From Octopus sinensis (lineage: Eukaryota): DNA of 64,000 nucleotides. The position numbers and the translations under genes are program-made. Below, one piece after another: positions 51,541 to 64,000 of this stretch (its first letter is position 1; each line of letters opens with the position of its first letter). The stretch is from positions 29,884,001 to 29,948,000 of the forward strand of contig NC_043017.1 in the NCBI RefSeq assembly GCF_006345805.1, given 5' to 3'. Below the pieces are notes generated by a model. It did no database searches. It was not told where the DNA came from and saw only the letters and a list, made by a program, of their open reading frames with translations.

Positions 51541-53459
51541 AAGCTGTCATACATGCTGGAGATTAATATGAAACAATTCTAACTTTCTTTCTCTTAATTG
51601 TTTCATATTAATCTCTCTCACTCTGTTTCTCAATTTCTTACATCGTACATACATATCTACATACATATATATATCTATACACACATACATATAATCTATA
51701 TATGTGTATGTAGTGAATAAGGTGGTAAAAAGGACTAAAAGCATATAGGGGAGAAAACTGAAAAAAGATAACTTACAACGGGCTCCCAAAAGCACATTCC
51801 CTCATCAGTTGGCGATCAAATACCGTCATACTTTCGATACATATACAACGGATGCAAAAGATTATGTACAACATGACCACCCGAAATTCTCCTCTCCTCT
51901 CCATTTAACGAATATATAATTAAGCAAATAGTTTTTGTATTATTTACAAAATCTATGTTATATAACCTAAAGGCCCACAATTTGATTAATTGCGTATATA
52001 ATAAATCAATTATCTGCTTTTGGAACTTATCCATCTAATATTTCAATAGAATAATTCTTTGAAAACTATCTACAAATTTTCTCACCCTCGAAACATATAC
52101 AAAAGCAAACATGTTCACACACATACTGACTGACCGAGAGACAGACATAAATATATGTGTGTATGTATGAATAGAGATGTACGCGCACGAACACACGTTT
52201 GCGGCCATAGAAATACTCACACCGCATATACATACACAAACACATATTGTTCACACAAATTTCGTCTGAGTGGAGTTAAACTTAAGAAATAACTGATGCA
52301 TAATATGCAGTTATTTCAATTGAATGAAGTATAATTAGATTATACACATTTTATTAAATGTTAGTGGAAATACTTTTAAGATTATTTATTTATTTTTCAA
52401 ACAAATAAATGAATGAGTGAATAAATAAATAAATACATAAGAGTGAAAATTGCACCGATTGATATCTGATATCGTCGACTATGATTTCAGGAAATATCAT
52501 TTCTCTAGAACAATGAATATTTCTTTTGAAATGAATCTAAAAATTTTATAATTTAATATTTAATTCACTAACTTTTTGGTAAGGAGCCATTATGATAGTT
52601 ATGCAGCGATATTGTCTATCGTTTAGTCGAATGTATATGTTTGTACACATGTTTATAAAAACATTAACTCACATTTAAAGACACCTGCACAGCTGCATAC
52701 ATAGAGGCACGGCTACATATGCAAACTTACAAGCCGCCATTTTCTTATGCATATCTGTATCTACGCATGTGTTTGTGTATATGTGTATTTATATACACAT
52801 ATACGCGCACAGTATTTATGTTAAGAAATAAACTATTCATTATATGTAATCATATACGCATAAAAACATTTCTGAACATGATTGTTTCGGAAATTAATAT
52901 GTAACTATTACAACATAGCAATAACGCAGTTGTATAGACATATTAATAGTCTTGTGGAATGAAACTAATCAGAAAGGAATCAACATATACTGTATTAGTA
53001 GAAATAATATAAATGCTTAGAAAGCTTACATCTGCACTAGACAAGGTGAGTTGGTTGCAGTTGTTGGGAAAAAGGTATTATAATATAGTGGAAGTGGATG
53101 CGAGGATTTATTTGTCACTAAAATAATGTTTACCACCTTTGGAGAAAATGGTATTATCCGTATGTGCTAAAACGTTTGTGATCTCTACACAAGAGCTGTT
53201 GAAGAGCATATACTTTTAAAAATATGCCTCTAAACTCTTCCCTATAACACAATATGAGATAGAAATGAATAACAAATTTATTAATTTCTACATGATCATA
53301 TCTATCTGATCAGGTTTGCTAGAGAAGAACATGAATCTATGTATTTTGTTATAAAATACGAAGTCTTTTACTGCTTTTCAATGAAAAGTGTGTTAACAAT
53401 TCAATTCAAGAGTTGTTATACATAGAGCAGATTTATTTCAAATAATATTTATTTCTTTA

Positions 53460-53605
53460 TTGCCCAAAGGGGGATAAAAATAGAAGGAACAAACAAGGAC
53501 AGACAAAGGGATTAAGTCGATTGAATTGATCCCAGTGCGTAACTCGACCCCGAAAAGACGAAAGGCAAAGTCGACCACGGCGAAATGTGAACTGAAAACG
53601 TGGTA
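53460..53605 (-). mobile_element. SINE-B, alternative-tail subfamily, partial
   Basis: aacaaggacagacaaagggattaagtcgatt...gatcccagtgcgtaact-cgaccccgaaaagacgaaaggcaaagtcgacc. Confidence 0.85.
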
Positions 53606-54199
53606 CAGTTCTATATTGAAGATCCTCACCACTAAGCCAAGTGCCTTTGCATAATAACGGTAAATTCTTCAGGGTGGATCTGATATAATCAACGTACAAA
53701 TATCCATCTGTAGCATACACGTAATATTTTAAATTACGTAGTGATTATTTATAATTTCATCCCATTTTATTTACCAAACATTGCGTTGCAGTTACGCCGT
53801 GGCACCATCGTTTTCTTTTGCGCAATCATTGAATTGGCCACCTCGAAGCAAAGTACAGAAGATAAAATCATCACATTCCGCAGTGATATTGTACTCTGAT
53901 CAATGTTGGAAGGAAAGGGAATTATCCATTGCCGAAAAATATTTCTAAATTTTGTCGCAAAAGAAATAAAAAAAACGTATAATGTCTGTTGACTCAGTAA
54001 ATTACAGGTAACTAATTAAACTGTCGATTGAGGAACGTGAGATAGAATCACAGAATCGAAAATGCTGCGACTGAATTTAAAAGGATTATGCGTAGAAATA
54101 AACGCATTACTTTAAAACTATTTACAGTATTGACTGACCAGAAAGCGTATACCTCCTCTGAAAATATAAAAATCAATACATGTATATATGTAGGTATGT

Positions 54200-54221
54200 A
54201 TATTTCTCTCTCTCTCTCTCT

Positions 54222-54256
<35 letters not shown>

Positions 54257-54271
54257 TATATATATATACAC

Positions 54272-54359
<88 letters not shown>

Positions 54360-54374
54360 TATATATATACACAC

Positions 54375-54405
<31 letters not shown>

Positions 54406-54455
54406 TATATACATATATATATACACACATATATATATATAATATATATACACAC

Positions 54456-54508
<53 letters not shown>

Positions 54509-54509
54509 C

Positions 54510-54565
<56 letters not shown>
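54200..54565. repeat. (TA)n/(CA) compound microsatellite
   Basis: Visible directly. Confidence 0.95.
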
Positions 54566-54566
<1 letters not shown>

Positions 54567-56422
54567 AGAAGAAAAAGAAAAATGGAGAAATATATATGTC
54601 TGTGTGTGTTACATATTATATCGTCTAATAGCTTTCGGTATGTAAACATCTGACACGAGAGGAACAATTATTTAAAGCGTAATTTTATTTTATTTTAAAT
54701 GGACTGAATATAGTTCGAAGACAATAAAAATAGTAAGACTTATTTGGTTTTCTTCTTTTTCTTTTTAGTTTTGTTTTCCTTCATACGTTAAACATTTTTA
54801 CCTCATCAATAAAGAGTGTACAGACTAATGAGTTCAAAGCATATAAAAAATGTCCGAATTTCATAACTACAGCAAAAACAAAAACTGAAAATCTATAATT
54901 GAAGTTGAATCTAAAAACCTAAAAAAAATAATAATAAAGAAAATATTAAATTTAACAAATAAAGCGTAATTGAAACAGTTGTCTGTTTTGACGGCGTGGC
55001 TTAATTCGTTAAAAAAAAACCCAAGTAAATAGGCTATTTTTGGAGCCATGATAAAGTGGCTCCTACTTCGTCTGACGTCAACTATACACGCAAGCAATTA
55101 TATCTACCGCGTAGTTATTTAATAGAAGTAAGGCGTCATGGTAGACACATCGTGCTGCGTGGCGTACGAACTCAAACTGTTTATTTGGTTACTTAATATC
55201 AGTGTAATTTTGCGCAAATTTTCTGTAGATCTTTTCTTCTAGCTTCATTTGATTCTGTTCGTATTTTCTTCGTCCCTTCATTCATCTCCATCAAAAACAA
55301 AACAAAACAGTTAAATAATTTAATTTCACACATTATTTGACACTGTTTAACTATCACGAAACATAATAACGACACTTAAGTATTTATTCCAAAAATTTAA
55401 TAAAATATCTTACACATAAACGCACAAAGAGGGATGTGCAAGATTGCTGAGACATAAAGGCTCCGAAAATATAAGTCAACTCTTGTATAATTTCTCACCA
55501 TTTACTCTTCTTTGCGGTCTTTTTAATATTTTACACTATTTTAACATTGTTTTAGAGATAAACATATATCGCCTAATAATTGATCCGAAACTAACCAAAG
55601 TGTGGAACGTGAGCAGACATGAAAGTGTGTGTGTCTATGTGAGTGTTTGTGTGTGTATTAATTAGTAGAGATATATGCAAGTGTGTGTGAGAGAGTGAGG
55701 GGTGAGAGAGAGAAGAGGGAGAGATTGTGTGGGAAGTGGATATAAATCCTACAATCGGTTCTAACAGTAAATCTACTGTGGATTGATGCTATACATTGGA
55801 TTAATATAAAATCACATTTAGCGATTCACACATACTGTTTTCTTCTTTCGCAGACGCATATACGACCATACATACACTCAAGGATATACGTCCTGTTATC
55901 TTTCTGTCTCTCCGTCTCTTGCTTTTGCACACACACACACACAAATACATACATACACATATATTTATAAATATGTTTGTGAATATGTCTAAATTTCTTC
56001 ATATGTATGTGTATCATAGTGTATGTGTTTGTGTGTGGGCAGTAGTCTCAGCATTATTCTTGCTTGTAATGACAACTCGAATATGTATTTTTATAAGAAA
56101 ACAACAAACGTGAACACGCGTGTATGAAGTGTACGTATATGCGATTTGACTACGAGTACCTGTACGTTTCTTCTTTATATATATATGTGTGCCTTTTATG
56201 TGCATGCGTATCAGTAATAGTGTGTTAAATCCAATCACAAAATCTACAAATACTCTTATATTTTCCATTTGAATAAGCTCAGATAAACTTGTTTTTTCTT
56301 ATGACTATTATCTCCAATTTTTTCCCTATTGCCAATAAGAATCCGAAACTTTCTTATCTAAAGTCTATAATCTTCTACACTTCCCGCGAGGCAAATACAT
56401 CTCACAACTGATACTACAGACC

Positions 56423-56550
<128 letters not shown>

Positions 56551-56934
56551 GTGACTTAGTGGTAGGTGGTCTGTTGTTGGGAATGTAATACAGATAACAA
56601 AAACATTGCGATAAAAAAATATTAGGAAAACAAATTCCACAAATACATACTATCAGTACGTTACGCTGAGAGGAGAAAGGCGTATTGACATTTCAAGCAA
56701 GAAACCTTTTATCAAGAAATAGAAGAACAATATATATGAAAACATTACCGAAGGTTGTACGTGCGTTCTTGAACAAGTGTTTTTGGCAAGTTTGACAATA
56801 TGTATAAAAATATCTTGCCTGATATTGTCACTACACCCTAGAAGCTCCAGTTGATTGCCACATTTCAGACCATAATTACTCTTCATTCCTTCAAAGAATT
56901 CGGTGCTGATCACGAGACTAAAATACATTCTATA

Positions 56935-57254
56935 AAGAAATACCTATTTCTTTACTACCCACAAGGGGCTAAACACAGAGGGGACAAGCAAGGACAGACA
57001 TAGGTATTAAGTCGATTACGTCGATCCCAGTGCGTAACTGGTACTTAATTTATTGACCCCGAAAGGATGAAAGGCAAAGTCGACCTCGGCGGAATTTGAA
57101 CTCACAACGTAACGACAGACGAAATACCGCTAAGCATTTCGCCCGGCGTGCTAACGATTCTGCCAGCTTGCCGCCCTCACGATTCTGCCAGCTCGCCGCC
57201 CTCGCGATTCTGCCAGCTCGCCGCCCTCGCGATTCTGCCAGCTCGCCGCCCTCA
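56935..57254 (-). mobile_element. SINE-B (alternative tail), full length, with a 4x25-bp 5' tandem amplification
   Basis: Well-conserved body; cgattctgccagct(c/t)gccgccctc(a/g) at 57155, 57180, 57205 and 57230. Confidence 0.93.
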
Positions 57255-57499
57255 CCTTCGTAAAAGTGTTTGCTATTAGAGACAGGATAACCACATTTTA
57301 TTTAAAGGTAGCTAATTACTCTCACTACACAGATCAAGATAACATGTATGCAGCTTCGCATCTTACTCTGAAACGATATCCGTCTAAATTACACATGTAT
57401 TTTAGTTTCGATAAATAATCAGCATTGCAATCTTCGGTAATTCCTCACGGAATACCTATCTCTTCAACATTATTTACAAGAGCTAATGATCAAACGTCT

Positions 57500-57690
57500 A
57501 AATGTTTGTTCAGCCTGTTTGCAAGAACAGCTAAATTTCCCTCAAATCATACCTCACCGTTTTAAAAACATGAAGTGACAATTTGTTTATATAAATGCAA
57601 CTCTACATTAAGTTCGTGTGATAGTACATATTGATGGTCACATCTGGAATACCATTGATCCTAGCTACGAATACTTACTAAACCAACGGT
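57500..57690 (+). mobile_element. Family-D fragment
   Basis: gcaagaacagctaaatttccctcaaatcatacctcaccgttttaaaa...gatggtcacatctggaataccattgatc. Confidence 0.6.
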
Positions 57691-59247
57691 TGATTCCATT
57701 TCGAAGGTATTATGCTTCGTGTAGGGGCATTATTTATATAGCTGAAACAGTGTAGCAAGTACACAACAAATTACGATAGAGGGCGTGGAATTATTGTTCT
57801 ATATGAAGTCGTGCATCGGATTGTGAAGCATTACTTCACTCTCTATTTGGTGTGTCATGTTATTGTCGTTTCAACTCTAGCAACATGTCACAGTAAATGA
57901 TAGGACACACTTGTCAAGTAACTGACACTAGAACAGAACTTCTCACCGGACACATCTTCTAAATCTCTCTGCTCAAACATTGTCTTTCGCCCTCAAGATA
58001 CATTACTAAACGACAGGAAAAATACACTCATTCCGGTGGTACAACCTACAAGAGAGTCTAGTGAATTCCATTTCCCTTCCGTCACACACACACACATATA
58101 TATATACAGTTCGAATGTATAAAACACAAGTGACAAAGATATGCAATGGAACAAAAAACATCTTCATTAGTTTGACGCTCAGGAAGAATGGAATATTCTT
58201 TGACGTTTTGAGCCTACGCTCTACGATCCGCGCGCGCATAAACATACACACAAACACACATATATATGTACATGTGTGTATGCATGCATGTATGTGCTGT
58301 GCATATATATGTATATATGTATTTAGAAAAAAATATATATAATACATATTTATTTATTTATTCTTCTCGTGGTCATAATAAATTTTGTGTGTTGTTCATC
58401 TTTTCAAATATTCCAAAAATATATCGACTTTGCTAATTTTCAAATATTTGGAACGGAATATCAATGAACTGGACTCGTGGAAACGTAAGTAGAAAACCTA
58501 ACATAATTTGTGGTCAGCTCTAATATAAACCTCATCTTTTAGATGTTATTCTTTTTCTTTTGAGACATAGGTATATACCGTGTAATGTCTGAATGATGTT
58601 TCATTAAATTCCAAAGAGGTTTGAGATACTATCCTATTATGATACAAATTCTACAGCAGAACCAGCTTACATAAAGAATGATAGAGTCATTCTCTAATTT
58701 GTTTCATAACTTAAAAGCTGTAATATCATCAAGCATAGTTCGATAGTGTCTGCTAAATAGGGGTGAATCGCAGAAATATATAAATTTAAGAGAAAAAGAA
58801 AAGAAACTACAACTAACAATAATTAAACCATTTCTGTAATTTAGTTATCTCAACTATAGTACTTGATGTGCGAATGTTCCAGGGTGAGCTGTCTTAAAAC
58901 TTTAATTAACTTAGGTAATAACAACTAACGTTATTGGGAACATCCATTTGTATTGAAACATGCGCATAAAATAAGAGGTTTAACCACAATAAACCTGTAG
59001 AGGAACATTATAATAATGTGGGCCATTGCTTTCTGCTATTTCATATCCATTTATTGCCAGTTCTGTAATTATTCCCTACCAAAGCTCTTCAATGAATTTA
59101 TTGGCCTAATACAGTCGTTGATGCAGTTCAGAACTACTTAAAGAATCTGGAATGGAATTCTTTTAAGGACTTAAATTTTTGACGCAATCCTTCATTCGTC
59201 TATTACGATTAACCACCACTCCTTTATTTAGACGACATTTGTGAATC

Positions 59248-59310
<63 letters not shown>

Positions 59311-59627
59311 CATACATACATATATAGTGTGTGCGTGTTTGGTTATTTGTGATTCACTGCGGCTGTATGAGTGTGTGTTTGTGAAAGTACTCAATGTAAT
59401 ATACACAGAGTTTTACATTTATATTCTTTAAAAGATAAAGTTAATTGCAAAACCTTTCGCTTTGTAAAGAGTTAAGAGGATAGCGTGTATATCTTAAAGC
59501 GTTTTAAACGAACCATAGTCTCTGTTGGTTCAACCTATTGTCAGCGAACATGTAAATTTATAAATCTTGTTGAAACTCTTGACACGACCGTTTCAGCTTT
59601 AGATTGTGTCTATTTTACTTGAAGATC

Positions 59628-59790
59628 TGTTTCAAAATTTGGGACAAAACCAGAAAAAAATTAACGGGAAGTAAGTGTCTATTGCAATGACTCCAGTGTT
59701 TAACTGGTTCTACCGAACATGAATGGATGAAAGAGAAAACTGGATGTATAGAGCTGGGAGAAATGTAGCTAAACATCCGACACGCGAAAT
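59628..59790 (-). mobile_element. SINE-B, strongly degenerate
   Basis: tttcaaaatttgggacaaaaccag...ctccagtgtttaactgg...atggatgaaag. Confidence 0.5.
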
Positions 59791-60739
59791 ACTATACCAG
59801 CTTGTCACACTAATATGCTGCATGGGAATTTATCCTGCGAGAAATAGCAGGTAACCTGTTTTCGTATTACGCGCTGGTGTCTAAAATCACATAATTCGCA
59901 TTCTAGCATTACCTACAAAAACATAATTATCAGGATAGCCGTGAATAATTTAACTTTGTATGAGTGACCAAAGAGGGCAATGGGTTCGATAACCGCATTA
60001 AAATATAAGGTATAAGATATCCATGCATATAATAAGTACCTAGACTGCGACGGACATTGAATACACGTTAATATGACGCGGGCATTTCTAGCATGTTCAA
60101 ATCATTGTAGTTAGAGAATATGACATATTTAGCAGAATAATGAGGATGATAGCAGTGGAGCCATTGAGAATAATAGTAAAGTTCATAGTTTTAATAGCAG
60201 CAGCTGTAGTACTACTACTAGTAGTAGTAGTGTTAGCTGCAAAAAATTTGTTAAACTGTAGATTCCATCAGGTTTTATGTCATGAAGTGAAAATGTATAA
60301 AATAGTACAGAAAGGGAACAACGCGCACAAAATTCCACATAAAAAAACCACAAACATGCAAAAACTCGCAGAAACAGACGCAATTCCTCAATTAAATGCT
60401 ACTGCAGTTGACTGTTGGTATAATTTACTTAATAATTGTGGCATTTAACACAACTACTGAAATGGAGGCTTGAAATTAAAAACCGAAACAGACAATTCCA
60501 GCAACAAACAAAATCGGTCGTATTTATCAACTACTTACAACGGGAAAGTGGTTGAGAAAATTAAGTTACGTTGCAAATTAGCAAACACTTTGTTGTATAG
60601 ATTGCTTATGAGTCGTATAGAATTTATGAACTACTTACCTCAATTCTTGGTAATTAAGACAGCAATTATGAGGGAAACGTTTGTACTAGAGGCAGGATTT
60701 TAGTAAATGCGAATATGCATGTAAATATGCGCACACACA

Positions 60740-60829
60740 CAGACAAATGTATGTATATATATATGTGTGTGTGCGTCTGTGTGCACGTGAGTGTGTGTAT
60801 ATACATATACGATAAAAATGTATAATTTT

Positions 60830-60901
<72 letters not shown>

Positions 60902-60943
60902 GGGTATAAGATATATACATTACTAAGTATATATGCAAGCTCG

Positions 60944-60980
<37 letters not shown>

Positions 60981-61068
60981 ATATATATACAGATGAATAT
61001 GTATGTATGAATCTCTCTCTCTCTCTCTCTCTCTCCTTATATATGTATATACATATCAATGCATATCA

Positions 61069-61110
<42 letters not shown>

Positions 61111-61320
61111 CAATACATATGTATATATATATGAATGTTCGTCTGTGTGTGTGTGTGTGTATATATACATATACAAATATTTATCAATATATAAGTATAT
61201 ATATAAATATATCAATATAAATATATATAAATGTCAAAAAATATACCTATATATATATAGAGAGAGAGAGAGAAAGAGAGAGAGACAGACAGACAGACAG
61301 AGAGATGTAGAGAGAGGTAC
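60740..61320. repeat. Compound TA/TG/CT/GA microsatellite region
   Basis: Visible directly. Confidence 0.9.
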
Positions 61321-61764
61321 GCAGTCATATCGATAGATAGAGAGTTAGATAATTTTCAACAATATACATAAATTGCATGGATTTTTATCAAATTAAAATT
61401 TATTGACTTGAAATAGTCATTCGCACTTAGTCATTCAAATGGTATAAATTTCATCATGCGTAAACATTATTTTCATCGAATTCGCTTTTTACAATAAAAT
61501 GTAAAATATAGAATCTAAAAAAAAAAAATCATTCGTTTTGAATCTAAAATTAAAATGGAGTTCGACGTAACAGATGTTAGTCCTATTTTCGAACGTAATA
61601 CAATGAACCATTGTCAATCAGTGAAAAGTAACAGAAATGCAGTGTTACTGAAGCCTAAAATATTACTCTCTACTTCTAACATGGAATAAATGTGAATTTT
61701 TGCGATTTTATGAGAGACTAATGAGAGACATAAGCAAATTGGCTATTGAAATTCAACAAAAGAT

Positions 61765-61815
<51 letters not shown>

Positions 61816-62059
61816 ACTATATTTCTCATAATGACGATGATGATCACAGACATGATGATGACGACGGTAACAAATTCGATGAAAGAATCGAATAAGTACA
61901 TTGCATATAATAGAATATAAATTATTTCTGATATTTAGAAAACTATATAAATAACCTAATTTCCAAGTGGTTCTCTTAGCAATTTACGGATAAATCCTTT
62001 GCTTTGTAAATAAACGCAAACAACAATGCATATCTGTAAGCAAGCAACATGGAACCATT

Positions 62060-62200
62060 AATCCCGACATGTTCTCTCTCTGTCATCCCTTTCTATCGAA
62101 GACCGTAAGCCCAAGGCTTCTAAAACGTTTCCATTTTTCTCGGGCGTCAAACAAATACGGTGGTTTTTTGTTCTCTCACTATTCCTGCTAAGTTTCCTGT
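62060..62200 (+). mobile_element. Penelope-like terminal relic, hammerhead heavily decayed
   Basis: tttctatcgaagaccgtaagccc...aaacgttt...gggcgtcaaacaaatac; homologous to 10600-10670. Confidence 0.5.
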
Positions 62201-62222
62201 GCTCTCTCTCTCTCTCTCTCTG

Positions 62223-62271
<49 letters not shown>

Positions 62272-62273
<2 letters not shown>

Positions 62274-62358
62274 GGAGTGGCTGCTCACAAACCACATGGT
62301 TCCGGATTCTGACCCACTACGTGGCACCTTGGGCAAGTATCTCCTACTATAGCCTCGG
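62272..62358 (+). mobile_element. SINE-A head fragment
   Basis: aggagtggct..aaccacatggttccgg..cgtggcaccttgggcaagtatctcctactatagcctcggg. Confidence 0.85.
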
Positions 62359-62424
62359 GTTTTAATATTATTATTATTATTGTTATTAATAATAATAATA
62401 ATTATTATTATAACAACAACAATT

Positions 62425-62640
62425 GAGGCAAGCTAGGAGACTCCTTAGCGCGCTGGGCAAAATGCTTAGCATTATATCGTCTGCCCTCACGTTCTGAGTT
62501 CAAATTCCGCGCAGTCGACTTTGCCTTTCATCTTTTCGGGGTCGGTAAAATAAATACTGTTTGAGCACAGGGATCGGTGTAATTGACCTGCCCTTAAACC
62601 CGAACCTGGTGGCCTTGTACCAAATGTTAAAACCATTATT
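62425..62640 (+). mobile_element. SINE-B, full length
   Basis: gggcaaaatgcttagc...gttctgagttcaaattccgc..gtcgactttgcctttcatcttttcggggtcggtaaaa...ggccttgtaccaaatgttaaaaccattatt. Confidence 0.9.
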
Positions 62641-63704
62641 ATTGTTATATTTACCATTATTGTATTATTATCATGACCCGGTATCGATTCAGTAACGGTA
62701 ACACTCTATAAAATTATATCAGTTCATAAAATATTAGCAGAAAAATATGTGGCAAAAATCTAGCACAGTGCTATAAATAACTGAAAACTAATTGAACTCT
62801 ATAATTCATAACGTAAACAATGTCAATGATCATTGATATTGATCTTATAAAAGTGATTGATTAATATATCATCTAAATCCTCTGAAAGGAGGGTATTTGT
62901 CGTATAACAGTTCCAGCTTAGAAAGCTCCTAATCAGATATTTCAATATACGCTATTATTTTAGGATACAAAACTGCGAAGTGAAAGTCTTCCTCTCTTTT
63001 GTTCGCCTCAAAGCCATTCATCTATTATTTGTATTTTAGACAATTCGTGCACGAATAAATCGTCTGAGAAGGATTGTTAGTCAAAGTATTATCATCCTAT
63101 GGGTCATGTACGCAATCACATGAATAAACCAGGTTAGGATTAGGAGTCTGTGCAGATCAATAACATCTTGGGAGATTCCATCTCGATCGATAACATTTAA
63201 AGGCATTTTATTATCCTTCCTCTGACATTTCATTTAACTCTAATCTTCTGTATTTTGTATTTTCATTCTCTCATTCATTCAATCATTTATTCTGTCAATT
63301 CTCGTCTTTTCCCTTTCTTTTTCCTTTGCTATTTTCTTCCTTTGTTAATACATTTCTTTTGTGTCTGTCAACAATTTCAAAAGCGTAAAGAAACACAGTT
63401 AAAATCTTTGAAAGCTTTCGATCATATTACATTTCATGACAAAGGGGAAAAGGGAGTGCTAGCAACGAATGAGCCGCATCAATCAAACACCTTACATCAT
63501 TTGGATTTATCTGTCTAACGTCCCGATTTATAATATTTTGTAGAGGACGAGCGTAGGCAAGAACATTAAGTAGAAGCAGATTGCTTCGGTAGCAAGTGAT
63601 TCTTTGTTCGATGCAGACACAGTGCACAACATTCGGTAAATAACTTCTACAGTAACCTATGATCGATTAACATTTTGGGAGCTAAAGTTTATAAATCAAA
63701 TGTT

Positions 63705-63845
63705 GTAGTAAGAAGATTGTTTCCCAATCACATGACTCTGTGACACAGTGACACAGTGGGCAAGTGTTTTCTACTATAACCACGGGCCGACTAAAGGCTT
63801 GTGAAAGGATTTGGCAGACGGAAACTGAGAAAAAGCCCTTCGTAT
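63705..63845 (+). mobile_element. SINE-A 5' module, degenerate
   Basis: gggcaagtgttttctactataaccacgggccgac...ggatttggcagacggaaactgagaaaaagcccttcgtata. Confidence 0.8.
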
Positions 63846-63850
63846 ATATA

Positions 63851-63902
<52 letters not shown>

Positions 63903-64000
63903 TGTATATATATATATAATATATGAAAGAATGGAGTTGAACGACGAATTAACAAAATTTGCTACCCAGGTATCGGTTAATTCGAATTATCCATAATAAG

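Noticed and set aside
57155-57254. CRISPR-like repeat array
   Set aside because: Units are directly adjacent with no spacers, in a eukaryotic SINE context.

Overview
Gene-poor, AT-rich eukaryotic DNA dominated by microsatellites and short retroposons. The repeat families and the density of (TA)n/(TG)n/(AAT)n/(GAT)n tracts look to me like an Octopus (coleoid cephalopod) genome; this is recognition from memory, not a database search. I cannot support any intact protein-coding gene. Nearly every ORF in the supplied track is a translation of a simple repeat. Supported content: about 30 copies or fragments from at least four tRNA-type SINE families (working labels SINE-A, SINE-B, SINE-C, SINE-E), a recurrent degenerate repeat (family D), an RTE-clade reverse-transcriptase C-terminal relic (45441-45887), a very decayed CR1/L2-like RT relic (~20075-20570, minus), non-LTR 3' ends inserted into (AAT)n tracts, and four homologous Penelope-like terminal relics. 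Two of those relics keep an almost perfect minimal type-I hammerhead ribozyme fold, each broken by a different single core substitution. Other notable observations: a SINE with a 4x tandem-amplified Pol III A-box, a young SINE with an intact 14-16 bp TSD, a near-identical 450-bp-period tandem duplication, several hairpins, one good CTCF-like motif and a few weak candidate exons. I found no clearly undescribed biological system. Boundaries of degenerate repeats are approximate (about +/-10-20 bp).
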